DNA of 64,000 nt from Oculina patagonica (Eukaryota), in assembly GCF_052425735.1 (NCBI RefSeq), contig NC_135758.1, positions 12,524,001-12,588,000 on the forward strand. The letters run 5' to 3'. Below the pieces are notes generated by a model, which saw only the letters and a list, made by a program, of their open reading frames with translations, was not told where the DNA came from and made no database searches. Made by a program: the position numbers and the translations under genes. This document shows positions 63,109 through 64,000 of the stretch, piece by piece (positions within the stretch are counted from its first letter, which is position 1; each line of letters begins with the position of its first letter).

Positions 63109-64000
63109 GACCTCCCTAATCAACCCTACCCTACTTTTGCAAAAGTACGTTGCGTTTGCTTTTATTTATGCATTACTTTTCTCCCTTCATCAAAATGACC
63201 TTAAAAGATTTTATGCTCCATCTGCAGCAAATACAATTGTCTTTTTTTTTATCCAGTAGTTTAGACCGGAATCCAGCTACAATTTTATGAATTAAAAATT
63301 TCAAATGAATGAATTATCTGAAATATTTACCAAAAACGATCGAGATACTCTCAAAACTAAACAAAAGGCAAGGATAACTTTTAAAACTAGGCAAAATGTT
63401 TCAATGTTTCTGAAGGGAGAAGGCTTTTAAGATCAATTAAATGGTGATTGTCTGTTGCACTGTTCATTTAAATAATGACTGACTTTAGATTCGATTTAGA
63501 TACTTTAGATACTTGATGCTTACCTGACCTTACCTTACCGCAGTTCTATAGAAGCGGATGGAGCCGGGTCGTGTTGATGGAGGAGATAAAGGCGGTTTAC
63601 CTACAAATGAAACCATCTTTACCTCCTCCACAGACCCGACCTTATTTTTGTAAAGTACGTTGTGTTTGCTTTATTTATGAACTAGAAGTAATCAAAGATT
63701 AGGAAGTGCCTTGTACAGGATATGTCGTATGATAAAAGAAAATTGTACCGTATTGAAAACAGGGGTTTAGTGAAGCAAAGCAAATAAAAAATTATGGCTT
63801 TGCAGTCTTTTTAGGACGCTGTGCGGGATTCCTTTCGCAAACTTGAATTTTGCGCCCAAGTTGCTTGAAAATCAGTTTAGTTGTAAAGTACGTAAAGTGG
63901 GCTCTAAGAAATAGAGAACATAAAATAAATTCTGATCGACATGACCATAAAGTGGCTTGACCATGGAAACTGAATATGAAGCAGCTGAAGGGCTACATTA

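Larger units (their letters stand above)
61715..63690. repeat. Tandem repeat array 3 (2 hairpin-bearing units, the first interrupted by a transposon)
   Basis: Hairpins at ~61894 (split by the insertion) and ~63566-63643. Confidence 0.85.

Overview
AT-rich eukaryotic genomic DNA with spliceosomal introns. The repeat landscape suggests a cnidarian, probably a stony coral (inference). The window is a tandemly duplicated gene cluster with four main components. (1) A head-to-head pair of paralogous, three-exon, secreted cysteine-rich protein genes ('A' on the minus strand, 'B' on the plus strand) that I cannot assign to a named family. The pair occurs twice (A1/B1 at 1-9.7 kb, A2/B2 at 25.4-34.6 kb), each time followed by a C2H2 zinc-finger gene, and A2 carries a 2-bp frameshift. 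(2) Four paralogous C2H2 zinc-finger genes with 13-15 fingers and a single coding exon, three of them with a recognisable upstream non-coding exon. (3) Downstream of ZF3 and ZF4, arrays of ~480-500-bp tandem repeats, each unit holding a ~80-nt pre-miRNA-like hairpin (8 copies, with one compensatory base-pair change). (4) Many transposons: a ~5.3-kb element with ~1-kb inverted repeats and a decayed RecQ-like helicase (AcademH-like), AcademH-type MITEs, Kolobok, hAT, Harbinger, mariner and piggyBac-like MITEs, SINEs, a truncated CR1/L2 LINE, solo LTR(s) and a TIR element carrying a 5S rRNA-like sequence. There is an assembly gap at 46038-46338. Exon models are my manual splicing and are not confirmed by transcripts.
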